A stretch of 64,000 bases of DNA from Candidatus Poribacteria bacterium (GCA_965205025.1 CBDBFU010000012.1:213015-277014), one strand, 5' to 3'. Numbered from the stretch's first letter, positions 10,498-21,167 are shown. The notes: generated from the sequence alone by a model not told the origin. Numbers and translations are program-made.

Positions 10498-13053
10498 TTA
10501 AACAACGATATTAACCAAATTATTCTTTGACACAACTATTACTTTTCTGATCGTCTTCCCTTCAATAAACTTTTGTATTTTTTCATCGGCAACTGCGGCT
10601 TCTTCTTTCTGTTCGTCGGTTGCTTCCGCAGGGAGTTGTAGACGGCTCCGAAGTTTTCCGTTTACTTGCACAACTATAGTGATGGTAGCTGTTTCAAGAA
10701 TACTTTCGTCGTATTCTGGCCATGTAGTATGTGCTATAAATCCTGATTCACCGAGACGATGCCACAATTCTTGGGTGATATGAGGAGCATAGGGCGCAAG
10801 TAAACGCAGGAAGATTTTAACTGTCTCTGTAGATAGTGATTTTTCTTGAGTTGCAGCATTGACGAATATCATCATTTGGCTAATTGCCGTATTCATCTTA
10901 TCTACCGATTCGGTATCTACAGTAACTTGTTTGATGGTTTTATGGAGTTCTCTCCAAAGCTCAGAGTCATCTGAACCTGGGCGGTCGGTCAACTTTTTGC
11001 TGAGTTCACCATTCTGTTCATCAACTACCAATCTCCAAGTACGTTGTAGGAATCGATAAACCCCCTCAACGCCAGCATCCTGCCACGGTGTACTTGCGGT
11101 AACAGGTCCAATAAACAATAGGTATAGACGAAGGGCATCAGCTCCATACTTATCAATAACATCATTTGGATTAATGACATTGAACCGGGACTTTGACATC
11201 TTCTCTAATTGAACATTGAGAGATGTACCAGATGTCTTTACTACAGTTTCATCCCCGTTTCGTTCGACTTCATGCGGATAATAGTATTTACCTGCATCAT
11301 CTTGAAAGGATTCTGCCAAAATCGTACCTTGGTTAAGAAGTCCTTGGAAAGGTTCTTTTGTGGATACCATCCCTGAATCATATAATACTTTGTGCCAAAA
11401 ACGTGCATATAGTAGATGAAGTACGGCGTGTTCCGCTCCACCCATATAAAGGTCTACTGGCATCCAGTACTGTTCAAGAGCGGTATCAAATGGAACATCC
11501 GTATTGTGAGCATCCAAAAATCTGAGATAATACCAACATGAACCTGCCCATTGTGGCATTATGTTTGTTTCTCGTGTGGCAATTTGACCATCAGGAAGTT
11601 TAACTTTTAACCACGTTTCATCCGCACGAGCAAGCGGTGGTTTCCCATCTTCAGTAGGCTTATACGCATCAATTGGTGGAAGTTCCACAGGCAAATGATT
11701 ATCTGGAAGTGGTACGATTGTACCATCCTCAAGATGCGCAAGAGGGAACGGTTCACCCCAATAGCGTTGACGCGAAAAAAGCCAGTCTCGAAGACGGTAT
11801 TGTATCTGTCCTTCCCCCTTCTTCTCTGCTTCAAGCCATGCAATCATCCTTTTCTTTGCATCATCTACACGTAACCCGTTGAGAAAATCGGAGTTTACAC
11901 AAACACCGTCTTCTTCAAACGGCTCCTCTTCAATAGGTTTTTCACCACCACTGATAACCTCTATTATAGGAATCCCAAAGGTTGTTGCGAATTCATGGTC
12001 TCGTTCATCATGCCCCGGAACAGCCATGATGGCACCAGTACCATACGTCATAAGGACATAGTCCGCTACCCAGATAGGGACAGGTTGGTTGTTGCATGGG
12101 TTAATGGCATAAGCACCTGTGAAGACACCGGTTTTTTCAGTAGCAAGGTCTGTCCGTTGCAGATCAGATTTATTTGAGGCTTCTTGAACATAATCGTAAA
12201 CTGAGGAAACCGCATCAGGGTGTGTTATTTGAGATACAAGTGGATGTTCCGGTGCTAAAACACAATAGGTTGCACCGAAGAGTGTATCTGGACGGGTTGT
12301 GAAAACCGTGAACGTATCATTTCTATCTTTTATACGGAAAGTTATTTCTGCCCCTTCAGATTTGCCAATCCAATGTCTCTGCATCTCTTTGAGACCATCA
12401 GGCCACTCCAATTGATCTAAGTCGTTCAACAGACGTTCTGCATAGGCAGTGATTTTCAGCATCCATTGATGCATTAACCGTCTTTCAACGGGGTCACCTG
12501 TATCAACGTATTTTCCATCTTTTACTTCTTCATTTGAAAGTACTGTACCTAATGCTGGACACCAATTGACAGGGACATCAGCAAGATATGCCAAGTCTTT
12601 TTTATACAGTTGGAGAAAGATCCATTGTGTCCATCTGTAATATTCTGGTATTGAGGTGTCGATTTTCCGAGACCAATCGTAGGAAAGGCCGATACGTTGA
12701 ATCTGCTGTTGAAATGTCTGAGTATTCCGTTTGGTAATACGTGCCGGATGTTCATTTTCGCGTACCGCTGTCCGTTCTGTAGGGAGTCCGAAAGCATCCC
12801 AACCCATCGGGTGCATGACATTATATCCCTGCATGCGTTTAAAATTTGCCAGAACATCGGTCGGTACGTAGTTTTTAGTATGCCCCATGTGTAATCCAGC
12901 ACCAGAAGTATAAGGAAACATTCCGAGTACATAGTATTTCGGTTTTTTCGATAATATCTCAATATCGTTTGGAATTTTAAATGCTTCTTTTTCTTTCCAT
13001 TCTGATTGCCAATACGGTTCTATTTCCCCAGGGGCATAACTATCTGTCTCCAT
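10498..13053 (-). CDS. leuS: Leucyl-tRNA synthetase
   Basis: 851 aa. Class-I 'HMGH' (HIGH-type) motif in 'SGAGLHMGHTKNY' and a 'KMSKS' motif in 'LEKMSKSRFNVINP'. ATG start, TAA stop. Confidence 0.92.
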   Translation of the reverse strand: METDSYAPGEIEPYWQSEWKEKEAFKIPNDIEILSKKPKYYVLGMFPYTSGAGLHMGHTKNYVPTDVLANFKRMQGYNVMHPMGWDAFGLPTERTAVRENEHPARITKRNTQTFQQQIQRIGLSYDWSRKIDTSIPEYYRWTQWIFLQLYKKDLAYLADVPVNWCPALGTVLSNEEVKDGKYVDTGDPVERRLMHQWMLKITAYAERLLNDLDQLEWPDGLKEMQRHWIGKSEGAEITFRIKDRNDTFTVFTTRPDTLFGATYCVLAPEHPLVSQITHPDAVSSVYDYVQEASNKSDLQRTDLATEKTGVFTGAYAINPCNNQPVPIWVADYVLMTYGTGAIMAVPGHDERDHEFATTFGIPIIEVISGGEKPIEEEPFEEDGVCVNSDFLNGLRVDDAKKRMIAWLEAEKKGEGQIQYRLRDWLFSRQRYWGEPFPLAHLEDGTIVPLPDNHLPVELPPIDAYKPTEDGKPPLARADETWLKVKLPDGQIATRETNIMPQWAGSCWYYLRFLDAHNTDVPFDTALEQYWMPVDLYMGGAEHAVLHLLYARFWHKVLYDSGMVSTKEPFQGLLNQGTILAESFQDDAGKYYYPHEVERNGDETVVKTSGTSLNVQLEKMSKSRFNVINPNDVIDKYGADALRLYLLFIGPVTASTPWQDAGVEGVYRFLQRTWRLVVDEQNGELSKKLTDRPGSDDSELWRELHKTIKQVTVDTESVDKMNTAISQMMIFVNAATQEKSLSTETVKIFLRLLAPYAPHITQELWHRLGESGFIAHTTWPEYDESILETATITIVVQVNGKLRSRLQLPAEATDEQKEEAAVADEKIQKFIEGKTIRKVIVVSKNNLVNIVV

Positions 13054-13240
13054 TGGATTGTCTCTCCTTTAAATGCCGATTTCACACACACTCTTATAAC
13101 ACTATTTCAATTGATTGGTGCAAAATTAATCCACAATTTTATGTATATATGGTATACTCGTTATCGTTATAAAATTCTAACATATCATGCTATACACTGT
13201 CAAAATAAATCATTGAGTATTCCTACTTGTTTCCATATAA

Positions 13241-14701
13241 TTGGAGAAGCAAACATTGAAGTTTAATTTATCTCGTCGAGAATTTATACGATACGGATCA
13301 ATTGCAACTGCCTCTGCTGCTGTAGGTTTTGGGTTTACAGGTGTAAGTCGAAAATTAATTAAACATGTTCCAGGTTTCAAACCTGAACCTCCTTACGTTT
13401 TTGTTCCAAGTCCTAATCAACTTATTGAATTGCCAGAAGGTTTTTCAGTTCATGCTTTTTCAAGAACAGGTGAAAAGATGGACGATGGACTCTGGGTTCC
13501 CGGTAAGCATGATGGAATGGCTGCATTTCCTGGTCCAAACGGAAAAACCATTCTTATTCGAAATCATGAGTTAACTGCTGCAGATAAGATTGTCGGTCCT
13601 TTTGGTTGGAATAACGAAAAACTCAATCTTGTTGACACTAATAAAATCTACGATATGGGTTCAAAAGAAGCACCTTGCCTCGGAGGAACAACAACGCTCA
13701 TTTATGATACACGTACAGGTACATTAGACAATCATTTCCTAAGTCTTGTAGGAACAATCCGGAATTGTGCTGGTGGACTAACGCCTTGGAACACATGGCT
13801 GTCTTGTGAGGAAGCTGTACAAAAGACAGAGAATACCTTTGAACAAGACCACGGATATAACTTTGAAGTCCCAGTTACCACAACTCATGGATTAGTAAAT
13901 GCAACACCTTTAAAGGCGATGGGGCGTTTTAATCATGAAGCAGTCGCTGTTGATGAAAAAACGGGTATTGTCTATCAAACCGAAGATAGAAACGATGGGT
14001 TATTTTATCGATATATACCAGATAAACCAGGAGAACTCATAAAAGGTGGACGACTCCAGGCTTTGAAAATACGAGATAAGAAGGCAGCCGATACCCGCAA
14101 TTGGAAAACCACACTAAATAAGTATGTACCGTGGACTTATAACCCGTATCCTGTGTTACAGGAACTTTCTGTCGAATGGGTAGATATTGAAAATGTAGAA
14201 TCACCCGATGACGATCTCCGTAAGCAAGGTGTTGAAGGGAAGGACGCTGCAGTTTTTGCCCGAGGTGAAGGTATATGGTATAGTGGTGACGCACTATATT
14301 TTACCTGCACAAATGGAGGGGTTGAACTGAAGGGACAAATATGGAAATATATACCCAGTCCTTACGAAGGTACAAGCCGGGAACAGAAAAAACCTGGAAT
14401 ACTTCAGCTATTTATTGAACCGAATGACAGCAATCTTCTTGAAAATGCTGACAATATTGCAGTTGCTCCATGGGGAGATCTAATTATTTGTGAAGATGGA
14501 CCAGGAGAACAGTACATTGTAGGTGTAACACCAGAAGGAAAAACCTATCAATTTGCAAAGAATGTATCTAACACCTCTGAGTTTGCTGGCTCTGTTTTCT
14601 CACCCGATGGTACAACAATGTTTGTCAATATCCAGACTCCAGGAATAACCCTTGCCATTACCGGTCCTTGGGGTGAAATTCGGCAACGACAGTTAGCATA
14701 A
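13241..14701 (+). CDS. Tat-signal secreted DUF839/PhoX-like protein (putative phosphatase)
   Basis: Twin-arginine motif 'SRREFIRYGSIATASAAV'. The C-terminal 'TTMFVNIQTPGITLAITGPWG' resembles the PhoX/DUF839 C-terminus. The ORF-track start is TTG (13241). Another TTG at 13256 is better spaced from a GGAG Shine-Dalgarno-like motif. There is no nearby ATG. Confidence 0.55.
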   Translation: MEKQTLKFNLSRREFIRYGSIATASAAVGFGFTGVSRKLIKHVPGFKPEPPYVFVPSPNQLIELPEGFSVHAFSRTGEKMDDGLWVPGKHDGMAAFPGPNGKTILIRNHELTAADKIVGPFGWNNEKLNLVDTNKIYDMGSKEAPCLGGTTTLIYDTRTGTLDNHFLSLVGTIRNCAGGLTPWNTWLSCEEAVQKTENTFEQDHGYNFEVPVTTTHGLVNATPLKAMGRFNHEAVAVDEKTGIVYQTEDRNDGLFYRYIPDKPGELIKGGRLQALKIRDKKAADTRNWKTTLNKYVPWTYNPYPVLQELSVEWVDIENVESPDDDLRKQGVEGKDAAVFARGEGIWYSGDALYFTCTNGGVELKGQIWKYIPSPYEGTSREQKKPGILQLFIEPNDSNLLENADNIAVAPWGDLIICEDGPGEQYIVGVTPEGKTYQFAKNVSNTSEFAGSVFSPDGTTMFVNIQTPGITLAITGPWGEIRQRQLA

Positions 14702-14805
14702 GAACTTCCCACCTTTCGTCATGTATGATAAATCGGAAGAGATCATACATCTACTTTGAATAACACCTTTGTTATTACTATTTTGGTTTATAAAGTGCCA
14801 ACGGT

Positions 14806-14832
14806 TTTAAGACAAAAATGTCTTATTTTTTA
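14806..14832 (+). terminator. Hairpin plus T-run downstream of the PhoX-like gene
   Basis: 'ttaagacaaaaatgtcttatttttta': 7-bp stem taagaca/tgtctta followed by a T-run. Confidence 0.5.
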
Positions 14833-14955
14833 TATTAGTGTAATCAATGATAAGCTTGTTTTTACTCAAAATAGTGAAAATTAGGTTTTTTACCATACTT
14901 CCAGAAACTGTCTAAGGAAATATATCAACTAATAACTGATTGCAGGGAGATAAAA

Positions 14956-15318
14956 ATGAACGTAAATTGGCAAAGACTAAATAATACTTGGCACATATTC
15001 TGTGAGGATACGATAAATATCATCCCTCATGGTTCTGAAGGTGTCTATGTAATTTTTACAAATTATAATAACATCCCCATAGCTAATTATGTTGGTAAAG
15101 GACACATCAAAGAAAGACTTAAAGAATATACTTTGTTTCATCCAATGAGAGAACGCAGGATGAACACAGGTTCATTATATGTAACATGGACATATATAAC
15201 TGATGAGAATGAACAACGTAATGCCGAAGCGTATCTTATACAGAAACTTTACCCAATAGAAAATAAACAACGTCCATTTCCAATGAATCCATATTTTACC
15301 ATGAATCTTCCTTGGTGA
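14956..15318 (+). CDS. Small GIY-YIG-like domain protein (120 aa)
   Basis: 'GVYVIFTNYNNIPIANYVGKGHIKERLKEY' fits the GIY-(x10-11)-YIG...R spacing of GIY-YIG nucleases. ATG start. Lies in a very AT-rich stretch. Confidence 0.45.
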   Translation: MNVNWQRLNNTWHIFCEDTINIIPHGSEGVYVIFTNYNNIPIANYVGKGHIKERLKEYTLFHPMRERRMNTGSLYVTWTYITDENEQRNAEAYLIQKLYPIENKQRPFPMNPYFTMNLPW

Positions 15319-15346
15319 TAAGAACAAGCGGTGAAAACTATAAGAT

Positions 15347-16315
15347 ATGCCTTATAAAGAAAGTCCTTACTTTTGCACCCCTTCACGAGATGCCATAATC
15401 TGGCGATACATGTCTATAGACAAATTTATGTTAATACTGAATAGTCAAACACTTTATTTTCCTAATATTTACAAATTCAATGACAAAAGTGAAGGAACAT
15501 TATCAGATAAATCTTTAGAGGAAGTTTATAAGACAAACTTATTTAATGAAGAGAATACACCCATAAAACAAGATGAAGCGTTCATTAAGCAGAAAGAATA
15601 TATAGAACAATCAGCGGAATTACAGACAAAAGAACAATTAGAAGAAAAAATAATGACACTACACTCATTTGCAACATTGCTAAAAGACTTTTCGAACCAT
15701 TTCATGTTTTGTAGCTGTTGGTTTAGAAAAGAACATGAAAGTTTTATAATGTGGGGAGAATATGGTGATAAAAGACACCCATCATCCATAGCCCTTCAAA
15801 CGACTATTGGAGATCTCATTGATAGTTTTGTTGAATATGATGAAGATTATGATGTTCACATAGGTAAGGTAAAATATAAAGATTATCGTGAAGAACATAT
15901 TGAGGGCTACGAGAACTTTGAACAAGAGAACTTAAACAATCCTGATAATGTACTTAAATTATTTTATGCTCCAATTCTACACAAGAAAAAGGTATTTAAT
16001 GACGAACATGAAGTCAGGGCAACTATTTCATTCAAATCTATTTGCAAACATCACTTAGAAGTTCAAGTTGATACATCAAACATACCATTTTACAGCGATA
16101 GAATGTTCACACCAGACTCCAGATACTTCAGTTCAGATACGACTAACTTAATGGATGACGTGCCCTCTGACGGTATCCCAATTAGAATTAACATAAGCAA
16201 ATTAATCAAGACTGTTGCAATATCTAAAATTGGATGGGAATATTTTCAAAAACCATTGGTAGAATTGTTAAAAAACAATAATTTATCTCCAGAAATCGTT
16301 ATTTCTGATATATAG
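15347..16315 (+). CDS. DUF2971-family protein (322 aa)
   Basis: N-terminal 'IIWRYMSIDKFMLILNSQTLYFPNIYKFNDKSEG' matches the DUF2971 hallmark (L-Y-F-s-x-P-x-x-F-N-D-x-x-E). A later 'CWFRKEHESFIMWGEYGD' block also matches. ATG start. Confidence 0.5.
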   Translation: MPYKESPYFCTPSRDAIIWRYMSIDKFMLILNSQTLYFPNIYKFNDKSEGTLSDKSLEEVYKTNLFNEENTPIKQDEAFIKQKEYIEQSAELQTKEQLEEKIMTLHSFATLLKDFSNHFMFCSCWFRKEHESFIMWGEYGDKRHPSSIALQTTIGDLIDSFVEYDEDYDVHIGKVKYKDYREEHIEGYENFEQENLNNPDNVLKLFYAPILHKKKVFNDEHEVRATISFKSICKHHLEVQVDTSNIPFYSDRMFTPDSRYFSSDTTNLMDDVPSDGIPIRINISKLIKTVAISKIGWEYFQKPLVELLKNNNLSPEIVISDI

Positions 16316-16495
16316 TTGATTATTCTGTTGATAAATATATTTGTGTCATTGTTCCACGATGTGGCGTATTTATCAAACCATGAATAATAGTATGAAAATG
16401 CTGAAAGTTGTTATACTTGAAGAGCGATCTATAATCTGATAACAAGTTGTCAAAGCGGAGAAGAGGATTCATTGCAATTAGGAGTCGTAAACACT

Positions 16496-19400
16496 ATGAA
16501 AAAACATCTGTCTCGGTTTATCCTTATTTCCACTGCTCTTTTATTTTATATCACCCAAAACGTTGCAGCACAGCAGAATCTTACACAAGATGTATATGCA
16601 ATCATAGAGCAATCCTGCCTGATATGTCACGGTGAAAACGGTTCCTATAGAGAATCACTGATCATTGAACACAAAGCACTCATTGAGAATGGAAAAATTA
16701 TCCCCGGCGATCCAGAAAGTTCTGTGTTCTATCAACGACTCATCGAAACGGATGTTGCTACAAGGATGCCGCTCGGACAACCACCACTAACCTCTGCAGC
16801 GATAGAAACAATACGCCAATGGATTGCTGCGGGTGCACCCGATTGGAATACCCCTGTCAGAGCAAATACAGACTTCATCACCCCTCAAGCCATGCTTGAG
16901 ACAATTGAGGCACATGTCCAATCCATTCCACCTTTTGACCGCACCTTTGCACGTTACTTTACATCAACCCATCTCTACAACGCAGGTGAATCGGATGAAG
17001 CATTAAAAGCCTATCAACGTGCCCTCTCTAAACTTGTCAATAGCCTCTCTTGGGGACGCGAAATCGTCAAACCGAAAGCAATTGATCCTATAGGAACTAT
17101 CTTCTACATTGATCTGCGAGACTATCAATGGGAGGTCGGCACTAACCGATGGACACAGATTGAAAGAATCTATCCCTACACGGATGAATACAACGCACCT
17201 TCTGAGACATCGCTCCATGAAAAACTGACAAGTTTGCAAGAAGAACTGAACTGCCAGGTGCCGTTTATTCATGTAGATTGGTTCGTCGCAAACGCCTCCT
17301 TGCCACCCCTCTATCACGATATTTTGCAGCTGCCACTGACAGAACGAGAACTTGAAGAAAAACTTGAGGTATCAGTTAAAGAAAATATTCAGAACGCCCC
17401 TGGGAAACGTGTCTGGCGCGCGGGTTTTAACGATTCTGGGGTCTCAAACCACAACAGAGTTGTAGAACGACACACTTTTCAACACGGTGCATACTGGAAA
17501 AGCTACGATTTTGCTGGGAGTGTTGGTACACAGAACATCTTCACGCATCCAATCTCTTTTGAACACGACGGCAGCGAAATCATTTTCAACCTACCGAACG
17601 GACTGCAAGCATACTACCTTGCAAATCAAAATGGAAACCGACTGAATGTAGCACCCACAGACATCGTCTCAAACCCTGCAGTAAGTGACCCAGCAGTCCG
17701 AAATGGACTATCCTGTATCGGATGTCATACCGAAGGAATGAAACAATTTGAAGATGAAGTCCGGAACGTCGTCGAACAGAACGCAAACCCACCCTACGAC
17801 AAAGCACGTGCACTCAGCCTTTATGTGGAAAAAGCCACAATGGATGCACTCCTCGCACAGGATACAGAACGTTACCGACAAGCTCTTCAAAAAACTGGCG
17901 ACGTGTTCGGCGGAATTGAACCCATTCAACGGTTCCATGAAGTCTTTCAAGGACCTATTGATTCAATACATGCCGCCGCATCTCTCGGACTACAAACCGA
18001 GATACTTATAAAAAATATCCAGCAGAATGTCGGACTACAAAACTTAGGATTGTTGGTTCTGGAGAACGGCACCATCAAACGGGATACATGGACACAACAA
18101 TGGACCGACATCGTTCATGCATTGGATTTCCCACAAGAAAGCATAGTAACACCCGTTGAACCGATCCCCGAACGCATTCCTGGAACTATAGTTAATATCC
18201 CTAACCCAACCCTGCGTACTGCAATTGAAGAAGCACTTGGAAAACCCTCCGGTACACCAATTACAGTGGATGACATGGCAATACTGACAACCCTTCATGG
18301 AGGTGGACAACCACCTCAAGATTTAGAGGGAATACAGTTCGCAACAAATCTCGAAAAATTATCTTTCTCACACGGTATAAATGATCTATCACCACTGGCA
18401 AGATTGACAAATTTGAAATATTTATCAATTTCTGGCTATCCTTTAGACCTGTCCCCACTGGCAGGATTGACAAATTTGGAGTATTTAAACATTGGTGGTC
18501 AAGACTTCGGTGTAACATCCGATACAGGACAGCTTAACAATGTTGGTTTTGATATATCGGCTTTAGCTGGATTAACAAAATTACATACGCTAAGACTTTT
18601 GGGTAAGAGAGTATACGACATATCACCTTTAGTTGGATTAACAGAATTACAGTGGCTAGATCTTGGGAATCTAAATCCTGGGGGTAACCGAATATCCGAC
18701 ATCTCACCTTTAGCTGGATTAACAGAATTACAGAGGCTAAATCTTACAGGTAACCCAATATCCGACATCTCACCCCTTTCAGGGTTGATTAATTTGGAAC
18801 GACTGTATCTCGGTGAGATGCACCACGAGGTTGTAGGGGGCGGGAATAATTTCAGTACCGCGCAAGGAGTACTATCTGATATATCGCCTTTAGTAGGGTT
18901 AACAAAATTACAGTCGTTATCCCTTAATAATAACAAAATATCCGACATTTCATCCCTCTCATCGTTGATTAATTTGGAACGACTGGATCTGCGCTTCAAC
19001 AACATATCCGAGGTTTCACCTCTCGCAAACTTGCAGAAATTGAGTGGCACATTAAATCTACTCGGCAACAACATATCCGAGGTTTCACCTCTCGCAAACT
19101 TGGAGAATTTATTAGCGTTACAACTACAGTTTAACAAAATATCCAACATATCCCCTTTGGATGGATTACCAGAGAAAACAAGAGTCTTTTGGTATGGTAA
19201 CCCGGGGTTCCCGAAAGGTGGTCCCAAAATAGAAGGACCATGGCTATGGGTACTGCTCCGCAACCTTCATGTTCCTCACGATGTTTTTATCCTGGAGGGG
19301 CGAAATGCTGTTTTCTGGGGGCGAAATGTTGTTTCATGGCGAAATTATGATTATTATGATTATCTTTCAGAAGCGAGTGACGGTAGTGTTACAGAACAAA

Positions 19401-20908
19401 CAATCGCAGCCGATGGCGCGACTGAGGGGAACTCCGTCGGGGAACACGTATGGACCTCACATAAAATCAATCCTACTAACACTGATAAATTTGGTGATAA
19501 AGGCAACATCTGGGAGATGTTAAGCACTATTGGAATTAAATGTCTGAACTGTTCTGGTAATGTCATTTATGGTTTGACCTATTTGTATTCACCGCGTGAA
19601 CAAAAGACGAACATGTTTGCAGGAAGTAGTGCTGGTCACAAGGTTTGGCTCAATGGAGAGTTAGTTCGAAACTGGCACGTTAGGAATAGGATATATGACC
19701 TTTATACCGATTATGAAGATGCTTTCCCCGTTACGTTGAAACAAGGTCAGAATGTCTTATTAGTTGCGGTTAATCATGGCTACGGAAATACTGGTAGGTG
19801 GCGTTTTAGTGGTGATTTTGGATTTGCCCCTGGCACAGAATACACCACATATATTCCGGGTGTGGAATATAGTCTATCTGATCCTACAATCTATGTCGGA
19901 GATACCTTCACACTTGACATCCGTGCTGAAGATGTTCACGATTTAGCGGATTGGCAATTTGATATTTCCTTTAATCCCAACGTACTTGAAGTCCTTGAAG
20001 TCAACGAGGGGGATTTCATGAAACAAAATGGAGGAAGCACCTATTTTCAGAAAGGAATAATTGATAACGCTGCTGGCAAAATCGAAGGACTCAGTTCAGC
20101 GATATTGACAGACACAGGAGTCAACGGCACGGGAGTACTACTCTCCGTGACTTTCAAAGCAAAAACTGAAGTTGAAACCCAAGTAGCACTCCATAACTTC
20201 CAACTATTAACAATCTTAGAAGAGACAATCCCTGCCGGTCCCCATAAGTTTATCTTCGCTATAACCCCAAAAAAGAAACCACTCACCGGGGATGTGAATA
20301 GGGACGGACAAGTGAACATTCGGGATATGATCCTTGTTTCACGATCCTTTGGAAAGGATGCATCCGACAACCCCGAGGCTGATGTAAATCAGGACGGCAC
20401 CATTAACATACAAGACCTAATCCTTGTTGCACAGCATTTAGGCGAAACAACTGACAACTCTGCTGCACCGACTATACTTGCCAAAGAGACAGAGCAGCTC
20501 ACACCGGCAATTATACAGAACTGGATAAAACAAGCACAGATTGAAGATGATGGTTCACTTGCTTTCCAGCAAGGAATAGAGTATCTACAACAGTTATTAG
20601 CGTCGTTGCTACCAGAAAAAACGATACTCCTACCGAACTACCCAAATCCATTCAACCCAGAGACGTGGATACCATATCAGTTAGCAACCCCTGCTGATGT
20701 CAGCATCTCTATTTATGCTGCGGACGGACAGGTTGTCCGAACACTACAATTGGGCAATTTGCCAGCAGGACACTATACAAGCCGAAGTCGGGCGGCACAT
20801 TGGGATGGCAAAAATAAAATAGGAGAATCGGTTGCAAGTGGTCTCTATTACTATACCCTTTCAGCAGATGAGTTTTCTGCCACACGAAGGATGTTGATAC
20901 TGAAGTAA
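16496..20908 (+). CDS. Giant secreted multidomain surface protein: cytochrome-c-like CxxCH N-domain, leucine-rich repeats, cohesin-like and dockerin-like modules, T9SS-type C-terminal sorting domain
   Basis: The ORF-track start at 16472 is TTG. ATG at 16496 gives 'MKKHLSRFILISTALLFYITQNVAAQQ' (signal peptide). 'CLICHGENGS' is a CxxCH heme-binding motif. There are about 15 LRRs ('ISDISPLAGLTELQRLNLTGNPISDISPL'). Dockerin-like pairs 'GDVNRDGQVNIRDMILV' and 'ADVNQDGTINIQDLILV'. C-terminal 'LLPNYPNPFNPETWIPYQL...SISIYAADGQVVRTLQLGNLPAGHYTSRSRAAHWDGKNKIGESVASGLYYYTLSADEFSATRRMLILK' is a classic Por/T9SS CTD. Confidence 0.8.
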   Translation: MKKHLSRFILISTALLFYITQNVAAQQNLTQDVYAIIEQSCLICHGENGSYRESLIIEHKALIENGKIIPGDPESSVFYQRLIETDVATRMPLGQPPLTSAAIETIRQWIAAGAPDWNTPVRANTDFITPQAMLETIEAHVQSIPPFDRTFARYFTSTHLYNAGESDEALKAYQRALSKLVNSLSWGREIVKPKAIDPIGTIFYIDLRDYQWEVGTNRWTQIERIYPYTDEYNAPSETSLHEKLTSLQEELNCQVPFIHVDWFVANASLPPLYHDILQLPLTERELEEKLEVSVKENIQNAPGKRVWRAGFNDSGVSNHNRVVERHTFQHGAYWKSYDFAGSVGTQNIFTHPISFEHDGSEIIFNLPNGLQAYYLANQNGNRLNVAPTDIVSNPAVSDPAVRNGLSCIGCHTEGMKQFEDEVRNVVEQNANPPYDKARALSLYVEKATMDALLAQDTERYRQALQKTGDVFGGIEPIQRFHEVFQGPIDSIHAAASLGLQTEILIKNIQQNVGLQNLGLLVLENGTIKRDTWTQQWTDIVHALDFPQESIVTPVEPIPERIPGTIVNIPNPTLRTAIEEALGKPSGTPITVDDMAILTTLHGGGQPPQDLEGIQFATNLEKLSFSHGINDLSPLARLTNLKYLSISGYPLDLSPLAGLTNLEYLNIGGQDFGVTSDTGQLNNVGFDISALAGLTKLHTLRLLGKRVYDISPLVGLTELQWLDLGNLNPGGNRISDISPLAGLTELQRLNLTGNPISDISPLSGLINLERLYLGEMHHEVVGGGNNFSTAQGVLSDISPLVGLTKLQSLSLNNNKISDISSLSSLINLERLDLRFNNISEVSPLANLQKLSGTLNLLGNNISEVSPLANLENLLALQLQFNKISNISPLDGLPEKTRVFWYGNPGFPKGGPKIEGPWLWVLLRNLHVPHDVFILEGRNAVFWGRNVVSWRNYDYYDYLSEASDGSVTEQTIAADGATEGNSVGEHVWTSHKINPTNTDKFGDKGNIWEMLSTIGIKCLNCSGNVIYGLTYLYSPREQKTNMFAGSSAGHKVWLNGELVRNWHVRNRIYDLYTDYEDAFPVTLKQGQNVLLVAVNHGYGNTGRWRFSGDFGFAPGTEYTTYIPGVEYSLSDPTIYVGDTFTLDIRAEDVHDLADWQFDISFNPNVLEVLEVNEGDFMKQNGGSTYFQKGIIDNAAGKIEGLSSAILTDTGVNGTGVLLSVTFKAKTEVETQVALHNFQLLTILEETIPAGPHKFIFAITPKKKPLTGDVNRDGQVNIRDMILVSRSFGKDASDNPEADVNQDGTINIQDLILVAQHLGETTDNSAAPTILAKETEQLTPAIIQNWIKQAQIEDDGSLAFQQGIEYLQQLLASLLPEKTILLPNYPNPFNPETWIPYQLATPADVSISIYAADGQVVRTLQLGNLPAGHYTSRSRAAHWDGKNKIGESVASGLYYYTLSADEFSATRRMLILK
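18330..19150 (+). repeat. Near-identical nucleotide-level repeats encoding the LRR array inside the giant surface-protein gene
   Basis: 'aacaacatatccgaggtttcacctctcgcaaacttg' recurs at about 19000 and 19060. 'atatccgacatctcaccttt' recurs several times. These repeats generate the spurious antisense ORF 18499..19263. Confidence 0.8.
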
Positions 20909-21167
20909 CCTTCCCTAACTCAAGATTTGGAATAATCATTCTTTACCGAATAAAATAAGAATTCAAAAAACTAAATAATCCTGCTTCCCCTCATTTTATC
21001 TTGACTATTTTCACATATTAAACATATAATTGTGGATTAATAGGTTTGAATATTATATCTAACCTACAAAATAAGGATACAATCTCATACCATTCTGAAT
21101 ATTAATTTGTAAACATAGTCGGATAGATTATCACTTATTCCAATTTAAGAAACAAAAGGAACACATA

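Noticed and set aside
18499-19263. 254-aa ORF on the minus strand inside the giant surface-protein gene
   Set aside because: It is antisense to the LRR-encoding nucleotide repeats, and repetitive DNA without stop codons produces long spurious reverse-frame ORFs. Its translation is low-complexity and repeats itself. The sense-strand gene has strong domain support.
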